A DNA stretch of 64,000 nt, taken from Planctomycetota bacterium. Lineage in GTDB: Bacteria; Planctomycetota; UBA8108; SXIK01. How positions within the stretch are numbered: the stretch's first letter is position 1; each line of letters starts with the position of its first letter. The notes below the pieces were generated by a model. That model did no database searches. It saw only the letters and a program-made list of their open reading frames with translations, and had not been told where the DNA came from. Made by a program: the position numbers and the translations under genes. Below are positions 7,987 through 18,719 of this stretch, in pieces. The DNA lies in NCBI GenBank assembly GCA_965223845.1, contig CBDCXR010000004.1, forward strand, positions 3,968,001 to 4,032,000, written 5' to 3'.

Positions 7987-10884
7987 GTGCTCATGATCGA
8001 TCCTCTCTCGCACCGGGGCTCGCGAGCCTGCCCGTACCTTCCCGATCTGACCTTGGCAGTCCGCTTCACCGTCGCGATCGTCGCGACCGCGGCCAGCGTC
8101 GTACCGGTCGCATCGGCGGACACCGCACGAGACGTTCCCGTTCCCCGGGCCGTACAGCCCGGCGTCGCGATTACGCTCTACGCGCGTGAGCCCGATCTCG
8201 CGACTCCCGTCGCTCTCGATGTCGACGACGCCGGTCGCGTCTGGGTCATCGAAAGCAACACGCACTTCCAGCCGCCCGAGTACGAGCGACACCCCACGGA
8301 CCGCGTCCTCGTGTTCGAAGGAAGAACGGCGGCGGGTCGTTTCGAACGCGTGTCGACGTTCACCGACGGGCTCGAGCAGGCGATGGCCCTCCGCGTGATC
8401 GGTCCCGGCGAGATCCTCCTCGCCACCCGGCGCGATGTGATGGTGCTTCGCGACACGGACGAAAACGGCCGCGCCGACAAGCGGACCTACCTCGCTAGAC
8501 TCGAGACGAAGGAGGTGTATCCGCACAACGGACTCACGGGATTCGCCGTCGACTCGCTCGGATACGTCTACTTCGCGATCGGCGAAAACATGGGAGTGCC
8601 GTACCGACTCGTCGGGACGGACGGACGCACGCAGGAGGGAGGACCGGATGGCGGCAGCATCTTCCGCATCCGGCCCGACGGGACCGAGCTCGAGCGCTGG
8701 GCCGTCGGCTTTTGGAATACGTTTCACCTCGCGTTCGACGATCGCGGACGCCTCTTCGCCGTCGACAACGATCCCGACTCTCGACCGCCGTGCCGCCTCC
8801 TCCACATCGTTCGCGGCGGCGACTACGGCTATCGGCGCTGGCTCGGACGAAAGGGCCTCCACCCGTTCACTTCCTGGAACGGCGGCCTTCCGGGGACCCT
8901 CCCGATGGTCGCCGGAACCGGCGAGGCTCCGTCGGGGATCGTCACGTACTCGCACACCGCGCTCCCGAGCGAGCTCTACGGTCAGCTCCTCGTCACGTCG
9001 TGGGGCGACTATCGTCTCGAAAGCTACCGGCTCGAGCCGGAAGGCGCTTCGTTTCGCGCGCGTCGATCGATCGTCGTCGAGGGCGACGATCGGTTTCGTC
9101 CGGTCGGGATCGCGGTCGCGCCCGACGGAGCGGTGTTCATCTCCGACTGGGTCTCGAAGGACTACCACGTTCACGCAAAGGGTCGCATCTGGCGCGTCGC
9201 CGCGGCATCGGAGACGGCGACGACGAAGGACGACGGAACCGCCGAGGGAGGATCGCTCGACGTCGACGATGCGCGAATCGCCTTCGCAAGCGAGGTGCGG
9301 CGGACGCGTGCGGAGGCGGTGCGCGCCGTCGCGCGCGAAGACGGCGGTTCGGCGATCGCGGACACGATCTTTCGCCGCGCGGTCGACTCTCCGGGTGCTC
9401 GCTACCACGCGGCCGAAGTGTTCGCGAAGCGCGGAGACTGGACCCTCGACCGGCTGACGCGCGGGCTCACCGACGCGGATCCCGACATCCGCGCGGCGAC
9501 GATTCGGCTCGCGAGCTCGACCTTCGTCGTACCGCTTCCGCGCCTGTTCGCGGCGCTCACCGACGCGTCGCCGCGGGTTCAGCTCGACGCCCTTCTCGTT
9601 CTTGCGCACCACCGCTCGCTCGCCCCGAGCCATCCGTCCGCGGCGGACGCGCTCGCACGCGTCCGTCCGTTCCTTGCGAGCGCGGACCCGTTTCTCCGCT
9701 CCGCCGCGGCCGATGTGCTCCTGCGGCTACTCGATCCCGACGCGCTCGTGCAGTCGGCGTCCGGAGCACCGCTCGAAGAACTGGACGCATGGATCGGCGC
9801 GCTCCGGCGTTCCAAGGCGGAATCGGCGCGAACGGTTCTTCCCGGACTCCTCGAGCACGAGTCGCCCGCGATTCGGCGCGCCGCGATCCAGTGGGTCGGT
9901 GAAGAAAAACTGGAGTCGTTCGCCGCGGCACTCGACCGGGCGGTCCGGCGGAGACCGCTGACGCGCGAGGTGGTCGACGCGTACCTCGCCGCGAAGACTC
10001 TCCTCGCCGGCGACTCGCCCGAGCGACACGATCAGGACGGGCGCGACGCGATGCTCGCCGCCCTTCTCCTCGATTCGAACCAACCTTCCGAGCTTCGGGA
10101 GGTCGCGGTTCGATGCCTGTCGCCCGCGAGCGGCGTGATCTACAGCAAGAGGCTCGCCGAGCTTCTTCGCGGTGACGGTGTTTCGGAATCGCTCCGGCTC
10201 GAGATCGTCCGCGCGCTCGCGACGCGCGGGGACTCGAAGTCCGTCCTCGTCGCCATCGCCGGAGACGCGGACGCCGGCATCGCCGAACGCCGCGCCGCGG
10301 TCGTCGGCCTCGCGGCGTTCCTGCCGGACGTCGACTCGGAGCTCGACCGACTCCGCATGGACGCTCCCGATCGACTTCGAACCGAGATCGACCGGGCGCG
10401 CCGATTCGCGCGCGCGCCCGCGACGAACGAGAGCTCAGCCGAGCGCCGCGCCGGGGCTCTCTCCGGCGGGAACGCGGCCGAGGGAAGATTCCTTTTCGAC
10501 TACCCGATCGGACCGCGCTGCGCGTCGTGTCACACGATCGCCGGGCGCGGAGGATCAGCGGGTCCCGATCTCACGACGATCGGGACGCGTCCGCGCGAGA
10601 CCATCGTCGACAGCGTTCTAGAGCCCGCAAAGGACGTCGCGCCACAGTTCGCTCCGTGGGTCTTCGTTACGCCGTCGGGAACGAAGAGCGGAACCGTGCT
10701 CGGCGAAGGAGTCGACGGAACCATCCTCCTCGGCCAGGCGAACGGTGAAGTCGAGCGCATCGGGAGGGAGGAGATCCTCGAGCGCCACGCGGGCGAGGGC
10801 TCCGTGATGCCCGCAGATCTCACCGCGCTGCTCACGGACGAAGAACTGCGCGACTTGATCGCATATCTCGTCGCGCAACGCTGA
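7987..10884 (+). CDS. PVC-type heme-binding CxxCH protein (dehydrogenase-like propeller, HEAT repeats, cytochrome c)
   Basis: DTDENGRAD repeat and GFWN/DND propeller motifs, HEAT-like repeats, CASCH followed by GPDLT and a distal SVMP Met ligand. Confidence 0.88.
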   Translation: MLMIDPLSHRGSRACPYLPDLTLAVRFTVAIVATAASVVPVASADTARDVPVPRAVQPGVAITLYAREPDLATPVALDVDDAGRVWVIESNTHFQPPEYERHPTDRVLVFEGRTAAGRFERVSTFTDGLEQAMALRVIGPGEILLATRRDVMVLRDTDENGRADKRTYLARLETKEVYPHNGLTGFAVDSLGYVYFAIGENMGVPYRLVGTDGRTQEGGPDGGSIFRIRPDGTELERWAVGFWNTFHLAFDDRGRLFAVDNDPDSRPPCRLLHIVRGGDYGYRRWLGRKGLHPFTSWNGGLPGTLPMVAGTGEAPSGIVTYSHTALPSELYGQLLVTSWGDYRLESYRLEPEGASFRARRSIVVEGDDRFRPVGIAVAPDGAVFISDWVSKDYHVHAKGRIWRVAAASETATTKDDGTAEGGSLDVDDARIAFASEVRRTRAEAVRAVAREDGGSAIADTIFRRAVDSPGARYHAAEVFAKRGDWTLDRLTRGLTDADPDIRAATIRLASSTFVVPLPRLFAALTDASPRVQLDALLVLAHHRSLAPSHPSAADALARVRPFLASADPFLRSAAADVLLRLLDPDALVQSASGAPLEELDAWIGALRRSKAESARTVLPGLLEHESPAIRRAAIQWVGEEKLESFAAALDRAVRRRPLTREVVDAYLAAKTLLAGDSPERHDQDGRDAMLAALLLDSNQPSELREVAVRCLSPASGVIYSKRLAELLRGDGVSESLRLEIVRALATRGDSKSVLVAIAGDADAGIAERRAAVVGLAAFLPDVDSELDRLRMDAPDRLRTEIDRARRFARAPATNESSAERRAGALSGGNAAEGRFLFDYPIGPRCASCHTIAGRGGSAGPDLTTIGTRPRETIVDSVLEPAKDVAPQFAPWVFVTPSGTKSGTVLGEGVDGTILLGQANGEVERIGREEILERHAGEGSVMPADLTALLTDEELRDLIAYLVAQR

Positions 10885-10942
10885 GCGGCACGGAGCGAAT
10901 CGAAGCGACGAACGCGGGGTTCAACGCCGATCCACGGCGCCG

Positions 10943-12535
10943 TCAGGCTTCCTCCCCGCCCGCTCCCTCCGCCCGCCGACGGAGAGCCGCCTGCACGTCG
11001 TCGTCCGTCTCGGCCCAGCGAAAGACGAGCCCGCGGAGACTCTCCGCCGAGGGCGGCGATTGAAACCAGCTCACGACGAAGTTGACCGCCACCGTCACGA
11101 GGAACGAGATGCCCGCGATCGCGAAGAACGGTTCGTCGGCGTGGAAGAAACGGCTGTCCACGGCCAGCTTGTGGTGCACCGTGAGTCCGAGTGAAACGCT
11201 GAGACCGGCCACGAGCGCCGCGAGACCGCCCCGTCCCGTTACGCGCCGTGAGAACATCCCGGGGAGGAGGAGGCCGAGGCTCGGCCCCTGAACGATCGAG
11301 AGCAAGCTCTGGAGTGCGGCGTAGACGCCGGCGAACAACTCGGTCAGAGGAGCGGTCGCGACCGCGAGAACGAGGATTCCGAGAGTGACCATTCTCCCCG
11401 TGACGAGCAGCGAGCGGTCGTCTCCGCGGATCTTGCCGAACCCGACGAGAAAATCGCGCGTGAACAGCGTCGCGGATGAATTGAGGGCGCTGTCGACACT
11501 CGACATGAGCCCGGCGAGAAACGCGGCGACCACGACGCCGCGAACTCCGACCGGGAGGAGATCTGCAACGAGGCGCGCGAATACGGCATCGGCCTCGCCA
11601 TCGGCAACGTCCGTGTAGAGCGCGGCGGCGATGAGACCCGGCCCGACGACGACGAAGGGAACCAGAAACTTGAAGAAGCAGCCGAAGAGCGCGCCCGCTT
11701 TCGCGTTCCATTCGTCCTTGGCGCCGAGAGTACGCTGGACGATCGCTTGATTGGCGATGAAGTACGCCGGTGCGAGCACGAACGTGAGTCCGAAGAGGAT
11801 CGACGGCCACGCGTACCCGCTCCCCGAATCGGGCGAGAGGTAGAGCGTGAAGTGATTCGCGAATTCGGGCCCGCGCGACGTGACTCCCTCGTAGAGAGCC
11901 GTAAAGGCATCTGTCCCCGCTCGCTCGGCGAGCTCCGAGAGACCCAGCCAGACGACGAGCGCGCCGCCGAGAAGCATGAGCGTCACCTGAATCGCGTCGC
12001 TGTAGACCACGGCGGCGAGCCCGCCGGTGATCGTGTAGCCACCCGTGAGCGCGGCCGCGAGAAGGATGACGTTCCACCGGCCGATTCCCGCGAGCTCGTC
12101 GACGATGATCCCTGTCGACCAAAGCATGACGCCGAGATTCGTCGCGAGGTACACCGTCCAGACCAGCGTCTGAATCGCGCGGACCGTCTGACCGTAGCGG
12201 AGACCGAGGAACTCGGGGACGGAGTACACGCCCGCCCGCCAGTAGTACGGAACGAAGACGAACCCCGCGAGGATCAGGGCCGGCATGCTGCCGATCCAGT
12301 CCATGTTCGCCATCACGAGCCCGTTCTCGTAGGTCGCGCCGACGAGCCCGACGAAATCGCTCGCGCCGATATCGCTCCCGACGATCGAGAGTCCAATCGC
12401 CCAAAACGGAAGCGACCGGCCCCCGAGGAAGAGATCGCGCTGACTCTTCACGCGTCGGCCGAGCCAGACCCCGAGTACGACGATCCCGAAGAAGTAGGCG
12501 ACGACGATGAGCCAGTCGATCGGAGAGAGATTCAT
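10943..12535 (-). CDS. sodium:solute symporter (SSS family)
   Basis: FLGGRSLP, YTITGGLAAVVYSDAIQ, NQAIVQRTL and MSSVDSALNS motifs; many TM helices. Confidence 0.92.
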   Translation of the reverse strand: MNLSPIDWLIVVAYFFGIVVLGVWLGRRVKSQRDLFLGGRSLPFWAIGLSIVGSDIGASDFVGLVGATYENGLVMANMDWIGSMPALILAGFVFVPYYWRAGVYSVPEFLGLRYGQTVRAIQTLVWTVYLATNLGVMLWSTGIIVDELAGIGRWNVILLAAALTGGYTITGGLAAVVYSDAIQVTLMLLGGALVVWLGLSELAERAGTDAFTALYEGVTSRGPEFANHFTLYLSPDSGSGYAWPSILFGLTFVLAPAYFIANQAIVQRTLGAKDEWNAKAGALFGCFFKFLVPFVVVGPGLIAAALYTDVADGEADAVFARLVADLLPVGVRGVVVAAFLAGLMSSVDSALNSSATLFTRDFLVGFGKIRGDDRSLLVTGRMVTLGILVLAVATAPLTELFAGVYAALQSLLSIVQGPSLGLLLPGMFSRRVTGRGGLAALVAGLSVSLGLTVHHKLAVDSRFFHADEPFFAIAGISFLVTVAVNFVVSWFQSPPSAESLRGLVFRWAETDDDVQAALRRRAEGAGGEEA

Positions 12536-14460
12536 GACGCATCTCCGCTCGACGGTGCGGCGAAGTACTTATCGACCAAGTCGCGCGGTGGCCGCGGACC
12601 GGCGAGACTGCCGTACGCGCTCCCTAGGGCCGAGGCGAGAATCCCCCACACGAGCGGCTCGAAGTTGAGCAGGCGATACGGACTCGTTCCACCGGCTTCG
12701 CCGCCGACTCCCGACCACCCGAGGACGTAGAGGACGGAGCACGCGAGGAACCCGCCGAGCATCCCCGCGTAGACTCCGTAAGCGGTCATTCGCTTCCAGT
12801 AGAGGGAGAAGAACATCGGCGCGAGAAACGTGCTGCTCAGCCCCGCTCCCGTCAGGACGATGATGTTCTGCAGATACTCCGGTGGATTGAGCGCACCGAA
12901 CATCGCGACGAGGCCGACGACGAGTGTCGCGAGGTAGCTGAGTCGTCGAATGGTGGTCGCCGACGCGTTTGGCCGGATCGATCGCTGGTAGATGTCCCGC
13001 ACGACACCCGACGAGATCGCGAGAAGAAAGCTGTCGACGGTCGACATGACCGCCGCGAACGGCGCCGCGAGGATGATCCCCGCGATCCATCCCGGCGCCA
13101 TGGCGAGCACCATCCGCGGCATGGCGGAGTCCGGATCGTCGAGGGGCGGCAGGACGTAGCGTGCGCACACGAAGATCACAACGAGCGGAACGTAGATCAG
13201 CGTGTAGTAGAGCGACACGCAGAAGATGGAGCGCCGGAGCACGCTCGAGCTCGAGAACGCCATGAGGCGAACCATCGTTGTCGGCTGTCCCGTCCCCGAG
13301 AGCGCCCACATCGCAAAGAACGAGAATGCTAACGAAAGCGGGAGGAATCCCAGCTCGGACGAGGCGCTGTAGCCGGGCGCGCTCACGAGATTGTGCTTCG
13401 GGTCGTGCGTCGCACGGCTCACGCGCACCGCGGCGATGCGCGCACGTTCGCCGCTCTCTTCCGCCGGCGGGGCGAAGAAGGATGAAAACTCCGCGGCGGA
13501 CAGATCGCTCGGAAGCTCGCCGCCGGTGAGGACTCGCGTCGCGACCCGGAGGCTCCCGCCCTCGTCGAGGGTTCGCCCGCGCTCGGTAGAAAGCTCCCAT
13601 TCGGCGCCGGCGAGCGACATCGCGACAGTCGCTCGCGCCGGAATCCGGACGGATGATGCCGACGAACTCTCGACGTCGAGAGTCACGAGCCGCACTTCCG
13701 CGAGACCGCGCGTCGCCGTCTCGAGCCCTCCGGGAATCTTCGCGAGAGTGAATCCGAGAAGGAGAAGAACGCCGAAGAACATCACGATGCCCTGGAGGAC
13801 GTCCGTCCACACGACCGCGCGAAAGCCCCCGTACATCGTGTAGGCGATCACCGCCGCGCCGAAGATGACGAGCGCAGCGCAGTAGCTCGCCGTGGGCTGC
13901 GAGGCGGAGAGAAAGGAAAACGTTTCGGGCATCCAGGCGACGAGCGGCTCGATGCTCGTCAAGATCGGCGATCCATCGAGCAGGCGCTCGATGATCTTCG
14001 CCCCGGCCTTGAACTGCGCGCACAGATTGAACACGAGGAAGACGACGAGGAGAACGCTCGCGAGCACGCCGACTCCATCGCTCCGGAAGCGATCGCGGAA
14101 CACATCCGGGATCGTGATCGCACCGCTCTTTCGCGCGACCTGATTGAGTCGCTTCCCGAGCATGCCGAGCGCGCAGATCGGCACCACCATGTAGCTCGCG
14201 ATCCAGAGCGCGAGCACCCAGCCGTGCGTGTAGATCAGCGCGGGGAATCCGGTGAAGCTGCCGCCGCTCGCGCTCGTCGCGGCGTAGGTCATCGCGAGCG
14301 CCCAAAACCCGAGCCCGCGGCTCCCGAGGAAATACTCCTTGAGGAAGGAGCGACCGCGGAGGAGCCGGTGCGAGAAGAACGCGAGGACGAACACCGCGCC
14401 GGTGTAGACGACGAAGCTGACGGCCGCTTCCGACGAGAAGGACGGGGAGGCGTCAGGCAT
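12532..14460 (-). CDS. PanF-like sodium:solute symporter
   Basis: EYFLGSRGLG, ATSASGGSFTG, GGFRAVVWTD and AAVMSTVDS motifs; start overlaps the DUF997 gene stop. Confidence 0.85.
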   Translation of the reverse strand: MPDASPSFSSEAAVSFVVYTGAVFVLAFFSHRLLRGRSFLKEYFLGSRGLGFWALAMTYAATSASGGSFTGFPALIYTHGWVLALWIASYMVVPICALGMLGKRLNQVARKSGAITIPDVFRDRFRSDGVGVLASVLLVVFLVFNLCAQFKAGAKIIERLLDGSPILTSIEPLVAWMPETFSFLSASQPTASYCAALVIFGAAVIAYTMYGGFRAVVWTDVLQGIVMFFGVLLLLGFTLAKIPGGLETATRGLAEVRLVTLDVESSSASSVRIPARATVAMSLAGAEWELSTERGRTLDEGGSLRVATRVLTGGELPSDLSAAEFSSFFAPPAEESGERARIAAVRVSRATHDPKHNLVSAPGYSASSELGFLPLSLAFSFFAMWALSGTGQPTTMVRLMAFSSSSVLRRSIFCVSLYYTLIYVPLVVIFVCARYVLPPLDDPDSAMPRMVLAMAPGWIAGIILAAPFAAVMSTVDSFLLAISSGVVRDIYQRSIRPNASATTIRRLSYLATLVVGLVAMFGALNPPEYLQNIIVLTGAGLSSTFLAPMFFSLYWKRMTAYGVYAGMLGGFLACSVLYVLGWSGVGGEAGGTSPYRLLNFEPLVWGILASALGSAYGSLAGPRPPRDLVDKYFAAPSSGDAS

Positions 14461-14758
14461 CGACGCTCTCCGCCGGCGGATCGGCGTCGGCATCGACACC
14501 GAGCTCATCGTTCTTCACGAACGCGAAAGCGAACCAGCCCGCGACGACGTTTGCGACGCACCACGGCGCGATCACACCCCAGAAGACCCACGCGGGAATT
14601 CCCCAGTGGGTCTCGAGTGTACCGGGGTCGACATCGTAGCCGTGCGAGTAGCAGTACCCGAGCGTGTAGATGCCGAAGAGCGCCCAGATGATCAGCGTTG
14701 CGATCGCCTCGCGACGGGAGTTGCGAAATACCGGATCGTCGCGCGCGGCGTCGCTCAT
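14453..14758 (-). CDS. DUF997/YhdT-like small membrane protein
   Basis: SRREA plus two TM helices with a GIPAWVFWG motif, upstream of the PanF-like symporter as in yhdT-panF. Confidence 0.8.
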   Translation of the reverse strand: MSDAARDDPVFRNSRREAIATLIIWALFGIYTLGYCYSHGYDVDPGTLETHWGIPAWVFWGVIAPWCVANVVAGWFAFAFVKNDELGVDADADPPAESVDA

Positions 14759-15241
14759 GAGACATGGTGTACCCGATCCCACGCGGCGCGCCAAGCCGGC
14801 GCCCGGCCCAGGCTTCGGCCGAGCAGGCACGGCCGAAGCGGAGAAGTGTCCCAGTCGCGGAGCCTAGAGTTCCGAGAACGAGAGGCGTGCCCCCGAAAGC
14901 CATTTTCGCGCGGTCGGCTCAAGTCGGATCCGCCCGCGGCTCGAAGAGGAGAAAAGGGACGTATCCGATCTGGCAACGGGGCCCTGCTTTCGCTCCCGAG
15001 CGGGTCGTTCCCTCCGCGCCGAAGCGGTATGCTAACCGTGGCTAGAGACCGCGATCACGCGACTCTCGTTCGCGCGCCGACCTTCCGGGGTCGGGTGCGC
15101 GAAGGTTCAGAGCTCGCGCCGCGGTGACTCGTTTCGAGAGACGTTTTCGCGTCTACCGGTGGCGGATCCGAATCGACGACGACCCTGCCCGCGCGGCGAG
15201 CTCCTCGCAAGATCGAGACACGGCACAGAGAAGAGGCGATC

Positions 15242-17146
15242 ATGAGCACCGAAGTGACCGAGGCCCCGGCCGAAGAAGAACTCAAAATCGACACCTCCAA
15301 AATGTCGGAGGGCAAGCGCCAGGCGCTCGAAGTCACGGAGGCGGCGCGCGAGTCGGAGTGGAAGCATCCGAGCTTCGCCCTCGAGCTGTTTCAGGGGCGA
15401 TTCCGTCACGATCTCGTCTTTCCGTACCCGCTCCAGGATGCGGACGATGCGGCGAAGGGTGACGAGTACATCGCAGAGCTCCGGCAGATCTGCGCGGACA
15501 AAGTCGACGCCGACGAAATCGACGCGACGGGCGAGATTCCGGACGAGGCGATCGAGGCGTTCGCGAAGGCCGGTGCGTTCGGCATCAAGATTCCGACCGA
15601 GTACGGCGGACTCGGGATGTCGCAGACGAACTACAGCCGCGCCGCGATGTACGTCGCGAGTCACTGCGGGAATACCGGCGCGCTTCTCTCGGCGCACCAG
15701 AGTATCGGAGTGCCCCAGCCGCTCAAGCTTTTCGGCACGGACGACCAGAAGAAACGATTCTTCCCCCGGCTCGCAGCCGGCGAGATCTCGGCCTTCGCGC
15801 TCACCGAAGATGACGTCGGATCCGATCCCGCGAAGATGTCGACTCACGCCGTGCTCAGCGAAGACGGCGAGCACTTCATTCTGAACGGCGAAAAGCTCTG
15901 GTGTACGAACGGCGTCAAGGCCGGTCTCTTCGTCGTGATGGCGCAGACCCCGCCGAAGATCGTCCGCGGGAAGGAGCGGCGCCAGATCACCGCCTTCATC
16001 GTCGAGCGCGACATGCCTGGCGTCGAGATCGTCACGCGTTGCCACTTCATGGGGCTCCGAGCGCTCTACAACGGCGTCATTCGGTTCACCGACGTGAAGG
16101 TCCCGAAGGAGAACATCATCCTCGCCGAGGGCAAGGGACTCCGCGTCGCCCTCACGACACTCAACACCGGCCGGCTCACGCTTCCGGCCGCGTGCACGGG
16201 TGCGAGCAAGGTTTGCCTTCGCATGGCGAAGGAATTCGCGCGCGACCGTTCGCAGTGGGGAGCCCGCATCGGAAAGCACGAAGCCGTCGCTCAAAAGGTC
16301 GCCTACATCGCGTCGCACACGTTCGCACAAGAGGCGATCGCACTCTACAGCTCGGCTCTCGTCGACCGCGGCGGCGCCGACATTCGGCTCGAAGCGGCGA
16401 TGTGCAAGATGTTCTGCTCCGAAGTGACGTGGAACATCATCAACGAGACGCTTCAGATCCGGAGCGGCCGCGGTTACGAGACGGCGCAATCCCTTCGCGC
16501 TCGCGGCGAGGTCGGAGTCCCGATCGAGCGATTCCTCCGCGATTGCCGGATCAATCTCATCTTCGAGGGGACGAGCGAGATCATGCGACTCTTCATCGCA
16601 CGGGAAGCGCTCGATCCTCACCTCCGGCGGGCCGGCGATCTGCTCAATCCGCGAGCTCCCCTCGGGAAGCGCGCGGCCAGCGGATTCAAGGCGGGTCTCC
16701 ACTACGCCGGCTGGTATCCGGGCCTGTGGAATCCGATCACTCGCGGCTATCAGATCGAGCGCCCGCTCGCGCGTCACGTCAAGTACGTCGAAAAAGCATC
16801 GCGCCGCTTGGCGCGCGCGCTCTTCCACGCGATGAACATCCACCAGGCGGCGCTCGAGCGGAAGCAGGCACTCCTCGGGCGCCTCGTCGAGATCGGCACC
16901 GAGCTCTTCGCGATGGCAGCGACCTGCGCGCGAGCCGATGCGCTCGCACAGAAGGATCGCGACGCCCACGCCGGTGTCGTCGAGCTCGCGTCGACGTTCT
17001 GCGACTACGCACGCGAACGCGTCGAGCGCAACTTCCGAAACGCCCGCCGCAATCGCGACGTCCCGGCGTACAAGCTCGCGCAGCAGGTGACCGGCGGCAC
17101 GTACGACTGGCTGGAGGTCGGTGGAGCGGACGTTCCGTTCGAATAA
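15242..17146 (+). CDS. acyl-CoA dehydrogenase (VLCAD/ACAD9-like)
   Basis: IPTEYGGLG, AHQSIG, FALTE..GSD, LNGEKLWCTNG and RINLIFEGTSEI motifs. Confidence 0.94.
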   Translation: MSTEVTEAPAEEELKIDTSKMSEGKRQALEVTEAARESEWKHPSFALELFQGRFRHDLVFPYPLQDADDAAKGDEYIAELRQICADKVDADEIDATGEIPDEAIEAFAKAGAFGIKIPTEYGGLGMSQTNYSRAAMYVASHCGNTGALLSAHQSIGVPQPLKLFGTDDQKKRFFPRLAAGEISAFALTEDDVGSDPAKMSTHAVLSEDGEHFILNGEKLWCTNGVKAGLFVVMAQTPPKIVRGKERRQITAFIVERDMPGVEIVTRCHFMGLRALYNGVIRFTDVKVPKENIILAEGKGLRVALTTLNTGRLTLPAACTGASKVCLRMAKEFARDRSQWGARIGKHEAVAQKVAYIASHTFAQEAIALYSSALVDRGGADIRLEAAMCKMFCSEVTWNIINETLQIRSGRGYETAQSLRARGEVGVPIERFLRDCRINLIFEGTSEIMRLFIAREALDPHLRRAGDLLNPRAPLGKRAASGFKAGLHYAGWYPGLWNPITRGYQIERPLARHVKYVEKASRRLARALFHAMNIHQAALERKQALLGRLVEIGTELFAMAATCARADALAQKDRDAHAGVVELASTFCDYARERVERNFRNARRNRDVPAYKLAQQVTGGTYDWLEVGGADVPFE

Positions 17147-17293
17147 CGGTCAGAGTCGATCCGAACCGGGAATCGCTCCGTCGCGGTGGAGTCGCGAGCC
17201 GGACCTTCGTCACCGGCCCGGGTGGAGTTGAACCACGCTCGCACTCGACTACAATGCCGGTATGCGCTCCCTCAACCCCAATGAGCCGACCGC

Positions 17294-18583
17294 GTGACGG
17301 ATCGAAGTCCGTCGGACGGCTGGAACGTGCGCCGGCCGATCGCCGTTCTCGTATGCCTGGCCGCGGCATCGCTCGCGAACGGAGCGCGCGGCGAGGAGGG
17401 TCCGGACTGGCCCGGCCACCTCGGACCGACTCGAAACGGAGTCTACGCGGGCGATGACGTCGCCTCCGCGTGGCCGGAGGCCGGCCCGGCGATCCTTTGG
17501 CGAAAAAAGGTCGGCGGCGGCTTCGCTGGTCCGGCGATCGCGAAGGGTCGACTGATCGTCTTTCATCGGATCGGTGCGGCGGAGCGCGTCGAGTGCTTCG
17601 ACGCAGTGACGGGAGCGCCGCGCTGGGAGCACGAGTCCCCCACCGCGTACCGCGACCAGTTCGGTCACGACGACGGTCCGCGCGCCGTGCCGGCGATCGC
17701 CGGAGACACCGTGTACACGTTCGGGGCAGAGGGAGTCCTTCACGCGCTCGCCCTCGACGACGGATCTCCGCGCTGGGTCGTGAAAACGCAGGAGCGATTC
17801 GAGGTTCCGAGGAGCTTCTTCGGCGCGGCGTGCTCACCGCTCGTCGAAGGAGACGTCGTCGTCCTCGAGATCGGCGGCAAGGAGGGCGCGGGGCTCGTTG
17901 CATTCGATCGCCGGACCGGCGCGACGCGCTGGCAGGCAACCGATCACGGGGCGAGTTACTCCTCGCCCGTCGCCGCGACGATCGCGGAGCGGCGCTGCGT
18001 CGTCGCCTTTACCCGCTCCGGACTCGCGATCGTCGACGCAAAGAGCGGAGCGCTGCTCGCCGAGCGCCCGTGGCGGGCGCGCATCCGCGCGTCGGTCAAT
18101 GCCGCGACCCCGCTCGTCCTCGGTGATCGCATCTTTATCTCGGAGTGCTACGGACCTGGCGCCGGCCTCTTTCGGTTCGACGGAAAGAGACTGCACGAAA
18201 TCTGGACCCGCGATCGCCTTCTTTCGAACCACTTCGCGTCGAGCGTTCACGTCGACGGGTACCTCTACGGCATCGACGGCCGGCAGGAGTACGGACCCAG
18301 CCTTCGCTGCATCAGAGTCGACGATGCGAGCGAGGCGTGGACGGAGCGCGCGTTCGGCACAGGCGCGCTCATCGCGGTCGCGAAGCATGTGCTCTTCGTG
18401 TCCGAATCCGGTGAATTGAGCCGCTTCGAGGCGACGGCGAAGGCGTTTCGAAGGAATCAGTCCGCGCGCATTCTCACGACCACCGTGCGCGCTCTCCCGG
18501 CGCTTGCGCGCGGGCGTCTCTACGCGCGGGACGAACGCGAGCTCGTCTGCGTCGATCTCCGCCCACCGGACGCGCGGCGGTGA
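17294..18583 (+). CDS. PQQ-binding-like beta-propeller protein (BamB-like)
   Basis: Signal peptide, DWPGHLGPTRNG and repeated D..TG..RW blades. Confidence 0.85.
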   Translation: MTDRSPSDGWNVRRPIAVLVCLAAASLANGARGEEGPDWPGHLGPTRNGVYAGDDVASAWPEAGPAILWRKKVGGGFAGPAIAKGRLIVFHRIGAAERVECFDAVTGAPRWEHESPTAYRDQFGHDDGPRAVPAIAGDTVYTFGAEGVLHALALDDGSPRWVVKTQERFEVPRSFFGAACSPLVEGDVVVLEIGGKEGAGLVAFDRRTGATRWQATDHGASYSSPVAATIAERRCVVAFTRSGLAIVDAKSGALLAERPWRARIRASVNAATPLVLGDRIFISECYGPGAGLFRFDGKRLHEIWTRDRLLSNHFASSVHVDGYLYGIDGRQEYGPSLRCIRVDDASEAWTERAFGTGALIAVAKHVLFVSESGELSRFEATAKAFRRNQSARILTTTVRALPALARGRLYARDERELVCVDLRPPDARR

Positions 18584-18719
18584 GTGACGCGATTTCGGCG
18601 CCGACCGGGCGAGACGGCGACGCCCACGAACGACCGCTTCCCGCCGAGGGGCGGCGCGGCGAGGCGAAGGGCGTGTCCGACGCGCACGGCCGACCTCGCT
18701 CGGGAGGTCACCGCGCCGG

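Noticed and set aside
7114-9633. Long antisense or alternate-frame ORFs (839 aa here; also 10530-12542, 15107-16969, 46565-48220, 50390-52237, 54695-56470)
   Set aside because: Arg/Ala-rich shadows of well-supported genes, expected in high-GC DNA; no motifs.
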